Assembly (NCBI GenBank): GCA_043228905.1
Contig: JBHGNT010000010.1
Location: 17,732,001 to 17,796,000, forward strand
Source: Azolla caroliniana
Lineage: Eukaryota > Plantae > Polypodiophyta
Length of the DNA stretch: 64,000 nt
Direction of reading: 5' to 3'
The translations under genes were made by a program, and so were the position numbers. This document shows positions 13,301 to 26,500 of the stretch, in pieces. Position 1 is the stretch's first letter. Every line of letters begins with the position of its first letter. The notes under the pieces are model-generated. The model was given only the letters and a program-made list of their open reading frames with translations, was not told where the DNA came from and searched no databases.

Positions 13301-16300
13301 GGCAGGACAGAGGGGTCAGGAATGCAAAGATTGATCCAACATTGCAAAAACACATAGATTAGGTCAGAAGTCAGGTCAGAGATTAGATTAGGAAATGGAA
13401 ACAAAATGGGAGAGATTAAGTTAAGTAAACCTTGCAGGAAAAAAGAGGCAGAGGGCAAGGACAGAGAGGTCAGGAAAAAACACATAGATTAGGTCAGAAG
13501 TTAGGTCAGAGATTAGATTAGGAAATACAAACAAAATGGGAGAGATTAGGTTAAGTAAACCTTGCAGGAAAAAAGAGGCAGAGGGCAAGGACAGAGGGGT
13601 CAGGAACGCAAAGATTGAGCCAACATTGCAAAAACACATAGATTAGGTCAGAAGTCAAGACAGAGATTAGATTATGGAAACCTTGCAAAAAAATGCAGAA
13701 GGCAAGAGATTAAATAAGAACAGCAGCTAGAAAGTGCTGAGAAGGAATGAGGCATCTAGTCAATAACATCATAAAGGCTACATGTAATACAACCTAAGGC
13801 TAGAAAGGAACCTTCAGCATCAAACTTTTGAGGGAGTAATATCAAACTATAATAGTTTTGTCACAATCGTGTCAACTCAGGTTGCAAATTGATCAATTTC
13901 TGCTCACACTCTCAGCATCAATAAACTATTTTAAAACAAACTTTTTTGTTTTAAATATAGAAATAAGGTTAGAAGTTGCTAATCTCTTATTTCAATTTTT
14001 TCATGAACAATGTATAAATACTTTTTGTACAGAAATTAGCTCGACATCCATGCTAAATTGGAATACCATCAGAAAGAGCTTTGAGATCCACTCCACTATT
14101 TCCTAGACGCCGATGATCCGTAACTATGTTTGCATCCCAAGCTGCAATCTATGAGAACACCATCCATTAGTGAATTCATGTATGAAGAAGCAATGCATGT
14201 CTATAGAGAAACAATGATGCCAAAGCACAGATATACAGCAGAATGTTATTATACAGAAAGTATGTATATAGAACCTGTAGATATTGTGTGGATGGATTTG
14301 TCACATTAAATTTGAAGCATTCATCCCAAACAGGTTCAGTGGTTCTACACTTTCAGAAAATAACTTTTCACAAATGTTTACATAGTGGAACAAGAAGAAG
14401 AATATAAGGATATGATTGCATAGTTGGAATTTCTTTTCTAGAGAAAGGCAAATTGGTGGATATACAATACACCATACATATCAAGTTAAAAACTTTCAAC
14501 TTACGCCCAGATAGTTTTGCTTCTTAAGACACATTCCCCAATGCGCAGCACTACATAAGGATCACTGGTTCCCTGCCATAAGCACCATTAATGACATAGT
14601 GATCAGATAGAAAACTATACAATAGGCTTATAGGACAATATTTTGAGTCATATTATTTTTATATTTCATGTCAGAGCCATGAAAATATATTGGAATACCG
14701 GAAAATAACTCTAAAAATTTCAGCAAATATCAAGTTATTTAAAACATCACTTACAAACTACCCTTCCTTGCCTTTCCCAGATTCAGAGAATAAGGTCTCG
14801 GTTTTCTACACCCTAGATAGAAAGATAATGGCCATTTGACAGCTCATGCTCACCATTCAAATAGAATCATTTGTCTTACATGTCTGCAGAATGGACATAT
14901 TAAGAACTGCTAAGCCTTCAGGCTCCCATTTTCTCAATCAAGAGCCCTGATTTATTGTACCAAACTGCAATGCGCGATCAGGCCCATAACAATAACATGG
15001 TGAGATCCAATCCATATCTAGGAAATATAGAGACACCGAGGATTTCTTGCACATTTTAAGAAACAAGGCCCATTTCTATCTCTCAAAGTGGAAAATGGAT
15101 TTGGATCTTCGTTATTATACCAGCCATGATGGCTGGATATACCAAATTGCAGTGTATGAGCAGGCCCATAACAATAGCATGGTGAGATTCAATCCATATC
15201 TAGTAAATATAGTGACACTAAAGATTTCTTGCAAATTTTAAGAAGCAAGGCCAATTTCAATCTCTCAAAAATGGAAAATGGATTTGAATCTTCATTATTC
15301 TATCACCTTAATGGCTGGATATTGGACATATTGGACTTTGTGAAATTTGAGAAAGCATGAACATAAATCATACATTGCCTAATCTTTGTAAACGAATCAC
15401 TTTTTGATGCAAAGTCGATATCAGATACCTTTCCATTAGAGCACCCCTTCAGTGTTTGAAATACAGAGTACAGTATTGATTGTGGAACAGTAGCAAGCCC
15501 ATGCCACCATCACCTCACAGAATATTAGAGAGCCCCATAAGCTTACTCCTGATAATCAGTCCTCATCTCATCAATACCTACCCATAATTATTGTTGAGAG
15601 ACAAGCTCAACATTCAGTGCGGAGTATGCAGTGTAACCCAGTGCGGAGTACGCAGCGTAACCCAGTGCGTCGTAGACTGGGTGCGTGAAAAAGTACGCAC
15701 AACAGGGCCGCATCGGTGTGAAAACCGAAGAGGCCGTTAGAGCGTTATTCCTCGTAAAGGAATAATTTTGGGAGTTTGTGTAGTCGGCTCATTTATGAAC
15801 ATTCAAGTACTCTCAGTACTTGTGTCAGCCCGATTGTCAGGGCTTGTATATAAGGTGCTCACTGAGCACGAAGTATGTACAGAACAGAGAATTATTTTGA
15901 ATTTGATCTATAGTGTCTCTCTCTCTCTGTCTCTCCCTCTCCATCTCCATCTCTGTATTTTCTGTGTTTACTGAACTACTCTGCGTTTACGCACACGCTT
16001 CCGCACAACTTTTACAATTATCCTCAGTCTACAACACAATCTAATTCTCCCCAACACGACACAACATCTCATTCGCAAGCATTCAAAATATTATGTCCTG
16101 GCTTTGGTTATCATAAAAAACAATGCATACATGTTTCACAAATCAAACAAATTCCACACAATCCAACCATCCACAGAAACCCAAATGCAAAAGAAATGGA
16201 ACACTTGCAACATCGCCTGTATGTTTCCATACTCTCATCTTATGATCTGATAGCATGATCTCTAATACCAGTACAAGTGTTGATAACGAACTCTCATTAA

Positions 16301-19300
16301 AGTCACAATATTCAAAACAAAATCTGTACATGATCACAAATTCATTTACAACATGCCAAATCTCCCAATATGATGTTTCAACACGGCCAACAGTAATATT
16401 ATCCCTACACAAACATCCTCTCAAGTATATGTATTTTAGCTTTAAAGGACCTTTTTCATTATTTTAGAAAAAACAAAGACCTCCATAGAGACATTCATGC
16501 TTGTCGAACACTGTGTGCATAATTTATATAGCTAGAAAATGGACAGAAACCTCAAATTTGGAATCTCTTGATAGCAAAAAGAAGTAGAATCATACCCAAA
16601 TATCCAAACCAGGGAATTTTGAACCTTTCTTTAAGTTAATGAGAAACTGCCCTTCATAGACTTCCCGAAGAAATGGCCTGAAACAGATATCAGAAGAGTC
16701 AGAATGTTGAAATTGCAATAGGATAAGAAGTGTTCCCACAGACAATCCATTTTCATATTCCTCAAATACACTTGGGAAAGCCAAATCACCCCGATTAATC
16801 ACAGGTCACAGTGCGCAATTTCCAATATGACTATCTTCAATCACTATATAAAACTGCTGTATGAGATTACCAATAGTTTCAAATAAACAATCTTTTATTT
16901 ACACCAGATTGAGTGAACCGTATGGCATTATCAGAAGGGCTCATTATTGCCAACATCCTGCTTCTCATATACATGTGACCACAGTCCAGACACATAGAGG
17001 CAGTCAAGCATAGGACTATAACAGAATCTCTCATAACCCTATGGTCATGTGTCATTAACGAGAAGATGATACGGAGAAAGGAATTTCCTATGAATGAGAT
17101 TACCAATAGTTTCAAATAAACAATGTTTTATTTACACCAGATTGAGTGAACCGTATGGCATTATCAGAAGGGCTGATTATTGCCAACATCCTGCTTCTCA
17201 TATATATATGACCACAGTCCAGACACATAGAGGCTGTTAAGCATAGGACTATAACAGAATCTCTCATAACCATATGGTCATGTGTCATTAACGAGAAGAT
17301 GATACAGAGAAAGGAATTTCCTTGAAAGTGGACATTAGACCCTTGTTTTTCATGTGCATCATGGCATTCCACTCCCTGACAGAATTTTCTAACGAGAAGA
17401 AGATACAGAGAAAGGAATTTCCTTGAAAGTGGACATTAGAACCTTGTTTTCCATGTGCATCATGGCATTCCACTCCCTGACAGAATTTTCACACAATCTT
17501 CAGCATAAACTTAAATGTAAGAGTACAATCCCCTGAAAGAAGCCAGATGGAAGTAATGTCAAATTCTATATTCACTGTGTATCATATGCCCAATAGGTGG
17601 GCTTTAATTACAGATTTCTCAATTTTGATTGCAGTCTTCACCTTCAGGTGAGTATGATACCTGAAAGAAGCCCGATGGACTAGAGTCATATTCTTTATTC
17701 ACTGTGTATCACATGCCTTATACATGAACTATAATTACAGGTTTCCTCAATTTTGTTTGCAATCTTCACTTTCAGAGCACATTATCCTTGAACATTCGAT
17801 GTTGTAGCCATCAGGTCCCTATCCATAAAATGATAACGATGCTGAAGATACATATAGGATGGTTTCAGCGAGTCTAGAAATAAAATCTTTACAAAGACAA
17901 CCTAGTCTTCAGTATGTATGATCTCTTACACAACGTGTCAATATTGCCTGCCTATATGCAGTAGTACAAGAAAGCAGTTTTTCTGTAGTGCCCATGAGGA
18001 AACAAGATGCCATGGAGTTCCATGGAATACTCCGACATGCTATATCCCATCAGCACCAGCAGAGGTCTACACTTGTATTATATTTTGTGCTTCAACCCCA
18101 ACGTGAATTTTTCTATGTCTTGTATCATAAAACAATTCAAGAACCAAAATTCCATATAATATCATACAAACAACTTGAAAGTCTTATTGGATTATATGCA
18201 TGCATATACCAGAAGGGGCAAGTATAATTACTCTGAAAGAAATATAGTCTTGCAATCAAATGGATCCGTTTCATGTTCTCTAGAAATGTCCTGTCATTTA
18301 GGAAAAGAACTGATATTAACCAAATCTTCAAAAAACAGTAATTCTGCAGACAATATATACAATAAACCTATGAATCTAGAGAGCATTGGACTGCCATATG
18401 AGCATAAGTGCTCATACAATTTTTATGTCTGGCAAAGTGGATTCACAACCCAGGTCCCAACCATAGAAGAATACTAGATTTATGTAATTGTATAATATAT
18501 TCACTACTGAAAATATAGGCAATGAAATTCTTTCACCACATTTGCAACTCCATATTGGCAAAGGAAATTTGTGACATTTCCATGGCTCACCTCACAGGAA
18601 CTATCAATGTACTATACTTCCATCTCCTTTTCCCCTTCAATCTGCTTTATTATTTCTATAATGGTGGTGATTTGAATAGATAAATATTTCAATTTCATTA
18701 TGTCTCATATGCAGGCAATTGTACAAAAACCATTCTACTAAATTAATTTAATCCTAGCGCATACGTTGAGCAGCATTTGAGGAATTATGGTGCAGTTAAG
18801 CAACATTTTGATCATTTTCCGTTAATTTTATGTTTTGAAGCTATGCTGCATTTGCTTTCAAAGCTATTATTACTGAAATATGTATTGAGAATAATACAAG
18901 GATATTTTTCTACATAAAAAATAGATTTTCATGAAATTTATATAATTAAAACAAGCTCATGTTCAGAAATAATAAGAACATCTCAACTACTGATTGGTTA
19001 AGAGAAAAGAATGAAAAAAACAGCATTCCAACATGTTTTCCGGCCTAAACTCACAATCATACACTTTGTTAGGCCTCATAGGCCCTTACGATCTACAAAC
19101 ATAAAAACATTTTCTGTGAAATCTATATTCATAAAAAACAGTTCACATTTAAAATACCATAAATGTTTCTATTAATCATTTGGCCGACAGTAATATATTG
19201 CTCTATAATATGCAATATATTATAGCGAGATTTTGGAATGCCGTTTAGATTTTGTAATTGCTCTACAATATGGCATTCCAAAATTTCACTATAATATATT

Positions 19301-20024
19301 GCTCTATACCTAAAAAAACATGAACAGGCAAAAACAGGCTACACCCAAAAACTGATAATTCCATTAAAAGGAGTGTCATAGAAAATGGCGCTCCAAAATT
19401 TCACTTTTATATATAGCTCTACACCCAAATACTAGATTTCATGAAATTTATATGCATAGAACAGGCTCATATTCAGAAATAGTGGTGACAATCTCTGACT
19501 ACTCGTATGTAAGCTTATAGTAGAGCTTTTATTCAAGAAGAGAAATTCTTCATTGCAATTTTTTGGTGTTGAACAAAACAGTCATACGATGAAAAGAAAG
19601 ATCATTTCAAAGAATCAAGAAAGACATATCATACCAAAGGTACGATCAACAAAGGAAAGATCAAGCCCGGGAATAAATAAAAAGAACTTACAGAAGGAGT
19701 GTTATATGCTTCAAACGCAAAACCAGCCAGAATTACAGCCAGGTCAATGTTGAAAGGAATTCGATCATCATCATCAAGGGTTCGATCGGAAACATCACCC
19801 TCAAGTTTCTTCAGAGCTTGGATTCTCGTTCTCATGGAAGAAAAGGCATCTCTAGCCCTACAACTTCCTGCTATCACATGAGCTTTTCCGGCAGAGCAGG
19901 GGAAAGGAGACCGGGGATCTGCGGAGTTCCTGGAGGGGGGGGAGACGGAAGGGAGGCTCTGATAGGGAGACAGCATGAAGTGGAAATGCGAAGGATGGAA
20001 ATGGAGGTTGGTCGCCATAGCCAT
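4324..20024 (-). CDS. Plastid-targeted C2-domain class-3 lipase (At4g13550/HIL1-like), ~840 aa, 18 exons
   Basis: Exons: 19692-20024, 18232-18290, 16596-16677, 14505-14572, 14275-14344, 14067-14148, 11985-12049, 10379-11332, 10196-10258, 8319-8365, 7685-7730, 7532-7611, 6957-7067, 6794-6875, 5555-5680, 5232-5312, 4539-4664, 4324-4371. All are GT-AG and phase-consistent (2523 nt). Motifs: FNIDLAVILAGFAFEAY, C2 (GTSDPYVV...AAWDAN), VVAFRGTEQ, IHGGF, VTGHSLGGALA, YNFGSPRVGN, RDIIPTVP, QHMEDFYY. The N-terminus is S/P-rich and transit-peptide-like. Confidence 0.93.
9284..9575. repeat. Intronic direct duplication (~120 bp, two copies ~172 bp apart)
   Basis: gcataaa..ttttaactggg..gtggcatg..ggtagggattc..tggatctagagagctac..gtctatgttcaatgggtcttcaa occurs at ~9284 and ~9456. 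Confidence 0.85.
13040..13700. repeat. Degenerate intronic tandem array (~130-150 bp units, 4-5 copies)
   Basis: Recurring gattaggttaagtaaaccttgcaggaaaaaagaggcagagggcaaggacagag...cacatagattaggtcagaag. The ORF track shows the repeated peptide LPSASFFLQGLLNLISPILF. Confidence 0.85.
14965..15322. repeat. Intronic tandem duplication (~181 bp x2)
   Basis: caggcccataacaata..catggtgagat..aatccatatctag..aaggcc..atctctcaaa..tggaaaatggattt..tggctggatat is repeated. Confidence 0.85.
15592..16016 (+). mobile_element. Solo LTR (Copia-related) with 5-bp TSD in a lipase intron
   Basis: Begins TGTTG and ends TTTACA, flanked by ATTAT (15587-15591 and 16017-16021). Contains a TATA box (tatataa ~15848) and shares several blocks with the LTR at 21354-21784. 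Confidence 0.88.
16861..17490. repeat. Two adjoining intronic tandem duplications (~233 bp x2 and ~101 bp x2)
   Basis: 16861-17093 matches 17094-17320, and 17290-17390 matches 17391-17490. The duplicated peptides are visible in the ORF track. Confidence 0.9.
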
Positions 20025-20259
20025 AGCTGCTGCGTTTTTCCTCCCTTTCTCCTTCTCCTTCTCCTTCTCCTTCTCCTTCTGCTTCTTCTTCTTCTTCTGC
20101 TTCTGTTTCTGAATGGGTGGTGTGTATGAATGAAGCAGAATATTAAATTTTGACTTAACTTTTACTTAGATCAGAGTCTTATTATGTAAATTGTAATTTA
20201 ATTAACATACTTAAATTAATCACTGGGATAACTTTTAATGAAGTTGGAATATTTGCGTC

Positions 20260-21784
20260 GGATGAGCTTTGCTACGTCGAAATCAGATTCTTCACTCTTC
20301 ATCCGGAACAGTCGGCATGGGCCGGTGTACTCGAATAGCTAGTCGGCTACACAAATGCCGATTGGGCCGTGACATGTCGGTGAATCGCAGGTCCACATCC
20401 GGATTTTACATTTTTCATTGGGAAGTGTCGCGATCACTTGGAGTAGTAAGAAGAAGCGGTGAGACAGTTGCACTGTCGAGCACCGAGGCCGAAATACCGA
20501 GGAGCAGTTGTCGCGACATGCGCAGCCATATGGCTCAAGAGGCTCTTGAAGGATTTGTATGTGGAGGTGTCTCAATCGACAATCACATACATATTGGACA
20601 CCCTCAACAACATCCAGCTTGCGAAGAACCTCGTTTTCCACGCCCAGACCAAGCACATTGAGGTGCACTATCATTTTGTCCACGAGCAGGTTCTCTCCGG
20701 TGAAGTCGAACTTCTGTATGTTCCGACGGATCTGTAGGTTGTCGATATCTTCACCAAACCTCTCGACCTGGACAAGTTGTGGCAATTTCCAAGTATACAT
20801 GGCTTACAGCACCTCGATATGCCGAACTTGAGGGGGAGAAGGGAGAGGGAGAGGGAGAGAGATGAAGTTCGAAAAGCCGAGGACGGATGCAAGGGGAGTG
20901 GCCAAAAGAACAAGCCGGAGTCTGAACCAACCAAACAAGGGGGTGTCAGAGCTGAGAAAGCCAAGACACGTGGCAAAGCCAAGAAGGGCAAAGGCGACTT
21001 GAAGATGAAGGCCAAGACCAGAACATGGTCAAATGCGGTCAAGGGCCTGGAAGAAGACGAATCAAAGACAGTTGATTCGGTTGAGGAAAGTGATTTGGAA
21101 GAGCCAAATCACATGAAGGCTAGACTGACGAGAAGACAGCCGAAGACGATGCCAAGGTACGAGTGTCAACGGATGGAGGGGCGTTGAAGTCACAAAGGCA
21201 AGAAAAAGGCCAACGAAGGACTTAGCAACAAACAAGCCGGTCGAGCGGGTCGAGGAGCGCCGGACCGGACGGGTCATGGAGCACGAATGAGGAGGCGTGA
21301 AGCTAGGAGATGTTGGAGCTGACAAAGAACCTCAAGTTGAGCTTGAGGGGGAGTGTTGAGTGAGCAAGCTCAACTTGGGCTGGATTGGCTGAAGAAACCC
21401 AGAACTGGATCAGAGAGAAACCGATCGGTTAGGCTCGGATTAGATGGAGACCAATTGGCTAGGCCGGATCAGCGCGGAGCCGGCAGGCCATTAGGACCTA
21501 TATTCCTCGTAGAAATATTTTAGGTGTCTGTGTTGGTAGCTCATTTATGAGCATTGAAGTACTTGTTAGTACTTCTGTTGGCCCTTTTGAGGACTTGCTC
21601 ACTAAGCACATTGCATGTATAGAGTGTTCTTATTTTGAATCAAGTGGTTGTGTTGTTTGCTCATTTCTATCACTCTGTCAATCTCGTCTCATCTCATCTC
21701 TGCATTTACCTAATTGTCGTGTTTCCGGATAATCGAGTGTGTATTCTATGTTTAACATAACACTTCCGCATGTATTCTTTTATA
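20260..21784 (+). mobile_element. 5'-truncated Ty1/Copia LTR retrotransposon (RNase H, 3' extension, PPT, 3' LTR)
   Basis: Frameshifted GYTNADWA..RRSTSG..TVALSSTEAE..FHAQTKHIEVHYHFV..DIFTKPL (Copia RNase H). PPT cttgagggggag at 21342-21353 is followed by a TGTTG-starting LTR at 21354-~21784. Confidence 0.9.
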
Positions 21785-21889
21785 AAGGAGATGTTAACTA
21801 TTCGCCAAACATCTCATTTTCGATGCTATGGTATGGGGATACAATGAAGAATCCTTATAGAAGTGAGACATGAGATATATATATATATA

Positions 21890-23562
21890 GATTCTATTAT
21901 CGTCTTCGGAGGTCAAATATGACCTATGAGACCAAAAATATTACATCTCATGTGATACGTGCGGAAGTGAGTAGCGACTCTCGATGTTCAAGAACTTTAC
22001 CAATGAATGTTGCAATCAAGAGGGCACACTGTGTTGTGAGAGAAATTCGTGGAAGGATTGGGCCCGGTCAAAGATATGTGGAAAGCATGGTCGAATATGA
22101 TCAAAGCCAAAGCATTGTATCAAAGTGTGATACTCAGACTCTCGAACTTGTTTAGGGCAAAGTGTGCATAGCGGACCACTCTCAGCACTTGTGCCCCAAC
22201 GCCTTGTCTCACATCGCAATGCATGTGAGCTAAGTCGAATGGAACCAATGGTTCGAATGACAGTAATTGGATGGGCTCTAACATGCATTCATGTGTACGG
22301 TTTCCCTATTCCGCAAAGAATATGGTTTTGTAGTTAGGTGCATGTGTAGTATAATGTGTGAAGCGCGAGCCTCCACATTTGTCCCATGTCATGATACATT
22401 GGCGTTGAAAAAAGGCCTCATTTATCGGTGTCTTGCATCCCATCTATCACACCATTTTTCCATATCTTGAATTCAACCGAAACACAAAATTTTGCTTTTA
22501 TGCGTCTTTTGGATCTTTTTGCTTGCTTCCCATGCAATTCTAGGAAGTCGATGTGAGGGACTTTTTTAACCTTAAGCATGTATTCAATAACCCTTTCCAT
22601 GGCCATGATCTCAATGGGAAGCGATCTCGTCTCAAGGAGGAGGGTATAGGGTGTTTGTTCTTAACTTGTAAAAACTTTGTAAGAAAATGTTTTTGGACAT
22701 TTTCAAACTCTTTCCACGTAGATTTAGGGATGTTATCACCCCATACTTCCACCCCATAGAGAAGCACTGATGTCACCAAAGTGTCGAAAAGATATTTCTT
22801 GAGGACTCGACACTTAATATCTCCATGATTGCATGTGTTTTCAAATGCATAGTATGCTCACTTACCCACCTCTAAGCGGCATGTAGCACATTCATTCCAT
22901 CTATGATTTGAAGGAATTTCAAGGCCAAGATATTTGAACCTTTCCACACATTCCAGTGGTTCATTATTGTACATAATGCATGGTTTATCTCTTCTTTGGT
23001 CCTTCACAAGCATAATCTTTGTTTTAGAGCTATTGACATTTAATTTAGTATGCATGCAATAATTTTCCATTTCTTTATAAGCTTTTGTGCATCCCCTAAA
23101 GTATTTGCAAAAAGCACTACATCATCCTCATATAGCAAAAGCATAATGACAACATTCCCAATTACAACTTCTTCAACACATTCTTCCTTTACAAACTTTG
23201 CAACCATTTCTTCTAATTCATTAATGCATAGACCAAATAATGTTGATGAGATAGGGCATCTTTACTTAACACCAATAGTGCTATAGAAAAAATCTGAAAG
23301 TCTATCTCTCATACGCACACAACATATAATCTTCTCATATATTCAGGAAATTGCAAGCATATATTCACTTGGCACCTCGAGTTCTTCCATTCGTCTCCAA
23401 ATATGCCCACAAGGTACCATATCAAAAGCTTTCTTGAAGTCTACAAAGCAACAATATAAACCTTTACCTCTAAGGTGACTTTCCTCCATTAATACTCGAA
23501 GAGTGATAAGGTGATCAATGGTGCTATGGTGTTTTCGAAAGCCAGCTTGTCCATAAGCTCTA
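21890..23562 (-). mobile_element. 5'-truncated, decayed non-LTR retrotransposon (RTE/RTEX-like LINE, RT and C-terminal Cys/His region)
   Basis: Minus strand reads GQAGFRKHHSTIDHLITLRVL, CFVDFKKAFD, CPLSSTLFGLCINELE-like, LLLYEDDVVLFA (YADD degenerate), FKYLG, LLYGVEVWG and CETRRW..CTLC..ESEYHTLIQC, with stops and frameshifts. A (TA)n tract abuts the 3' end at ~21876-21889. Confidence 0.88.
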
Positions 23563-26500
23563 TTTGCCTTATATTAGGGTTTGCCTTACGGTTTTGCAAT
23601 GAGTGCGGGTCAATATACTGCTCAAATACAGAGCATGTCCACTCTTGATAGCAGAGAGAAAGAGAGAGCTAACATTGTAATAGGGTATAAAGGTAATATC
23701 TATAAGCCTTTTACACCCACCCATGTTTGAAAGGGATATTGTAACTAGTTAAATGAGGAAGAACTATAAAGGTGAAATTATTAACCTTGAGGGGTTCTTC
23801 ATAATTTTGATATATCTCCCGAGAGCTAAGTTTAAGTCTCTATTTGCCTCTCTCAACTCTCCTTAATCATTTCCCTAATTATTAATTACAAGCCTAACCC
23901 TTGCAATCCTCATAACTTATATTAATGGAAGTTAGATCAAGTTGGTAATGGCAAGTTGTATGTTACTTTTTAATGATGGATCAACTCGGATTTGGGGGGG
24001 AGCCATGTTGAAACCAAAAGATCTACCACTAACTTTGTCTTTAGATTAAGATGCCCATACACAACATGCTTTGTTCCTACAAAGATAGTAGATACAATAC
24101 CATCCAATCATGTAAACTATAAATGCATTTTGGCTTTGTAGACCCACCACATGAAAACATGTGTGGTTGCCCACGTGCATTTGTAGGTTAAACCAATTCC
24201 ACGAAGATGGTTAATATGTTACGAAAATTTCAATACATAGATGGTTCGATTATCATGATCTCATGGTATTGATGGTACCATTCAAACAAGTGAAACTATT
24301 TTGTAGTCACCTACATGTCGGTGAAACCAATTTTGTGAATAAAGCTAAGATATCCAATTTAGAAATTAGTACATCACCTCAAGAATTTAACGCAATTTCA
24401 ATTTATTGATGGTTAGAATATTATGATCTCATGGGATTGCTATTGCATACATAGTATGAACCATACGTGCATTCGCATTTGCGAATGTTTCAATAATTCG
24501 CGTAAGAAAAACACCCTCAAATAATGATAAATACCATACTTTTGGATTAACTATTTATTATGAGGTAGAAGAACACGAATTTTACGTCCTATGATTGCAT
24601 ATATTCTAGAGGTGTCGTGGCCTCATGAAAATAATTTGTTGTGGTAGTTGAGAGATTATAAAGAAGTAGTGCATGTGCACATGTAGAAAAGGAACCCTAC
24701 ATTATACTCCATTAAGACTTCTTTACATGGAGGTCACATTATTTGATCCACAATAGGTTGCAATGACTATAATGAACTTAAGAAGAGATGATGTTGGCAT
24801 GGACATGAGCTCTTTTGTGCAAGGTTATGTCACTCATTGTAATAATAAGGAAGTGGAAGTTTCTATTGCCCTTAGAACTATGAAAGGATCATGTAGAGAT
24901 GTTGATAATATAGATGTTCAAACATATTGCATTTTTGTTGTTGGCCTATCAACAAAACATTATTTTGTATTGGAAAAGCTTATGCCACGTTATTCGCATC
25001 ATATATTAATATGATCATATTTCATTAATAAAGGAATGTTTATACATCATGACTTTTTTGTAGTCTCTTGTTCAACCTTTATGGTTGCTTAATTTTCTCT
25101 TTCACTCTACTCTCCCTCCTATAGTGCCCTCCTATTGTTGCCATAGCTCTACAAATTTTGTTATTCCCTTCTATGGCACAATATTGCACCTTGTTACCAC
25201 CCATGAACTAGTAACCAATGTTTCAATGTTGCTTGATATGAAAAGGCTACCATGGTGTCAACTTTTGCAACAAACGACACCTCAAGCAACATTGAAACAT
25301 TGGTTACTAGTTCATGTATCATATCTCAAACTTGGCACATCATTGTTGTGAAAATGTTGTGTCTTCAACATCAACATACTAGGAAACAATTAGACCCAAA
25401 ATTGGTCCTTGTAAGAAAGATATGCATTTCTACATCATAACTCAAACATCACAAGTATCACAAGCGCAACAATTGAATTGACATAGAAGAGATCAATATT
25501 ACATGAACCAACTATTATGGTAGGAATAGCAAAAGCGTTTCTCGATACCCTTAGTTTTCCATCATGGCGAATCTTCAAGAAACTGCTCGAGAACTTGCTA
25601 AAGTAGCTCTTTGGGGTTACATACATTCACACAGGGTAAACACTTTGAGTTCCATTCAAATACTTCATATTTAAGTTAATCCAATTTGTTTCGTTTGATA
25701 GTAGGAAACAAACCAATAAACACTCATTTAGCTTTCATAAGAACAATTTCTCTTAAACTTTTCCTCTAACTCAACAAATACATTTGCATGAGTTATTCGA
25801 GAACACGCAAAGTGACACCTCTTTAAAATACATGGCTAACAAATATTAATTACAATAGCATTCAAAGGCTCAAAAAATAGCATTTCCTTGCAGCCAATCC
25901 TAGATATCACCCAACTAGCAAATAGAAAAGCATTTAATAATACATATGATGCATACAATATATGCCCAATTAGGTTATCCAAAAAATGATTACCACTTAT
26001 TGGAACCGACATTATATTGGAGGAAAAGGGTTGATGTTAATCCTTGAGTAGGAGCAATATTGACCCTAGCACTCTTTGCATTAAGAAAAACCAATTATTC
26101 TTTTCATGAAAAAGTGGGCGTTATCATATTTTACTATTCTCCTTAATCAATAATCCAGTAAGAGCAATGCACTAAGCAAAAAAGCTTATAATTAGCAATG
26201 AATTGTGGTTAGTGCTAATAACATTGATTAACATTGCATTTAGTGCTCATTGTAGTAATTAACACTGTGTTTATGCAAATAACAATAACTAAGGTTATCC
26301 TTGGTAGTAGTTATTGCAATACCATTATGATTAGTAAGATAATTAGAGTGTTGGTAATTAAATTAAGTAGAATTGTGATACAAGTATTTTTGTGACGTCC
26401 TATATTGCAATACAAATGTTGAGGTTGACGTCTAGAGACATTTAAGTAAGAGGGTTTTGTAATTGTGGATGATCTCGACCTATCCTACTTTACTTTCAGA

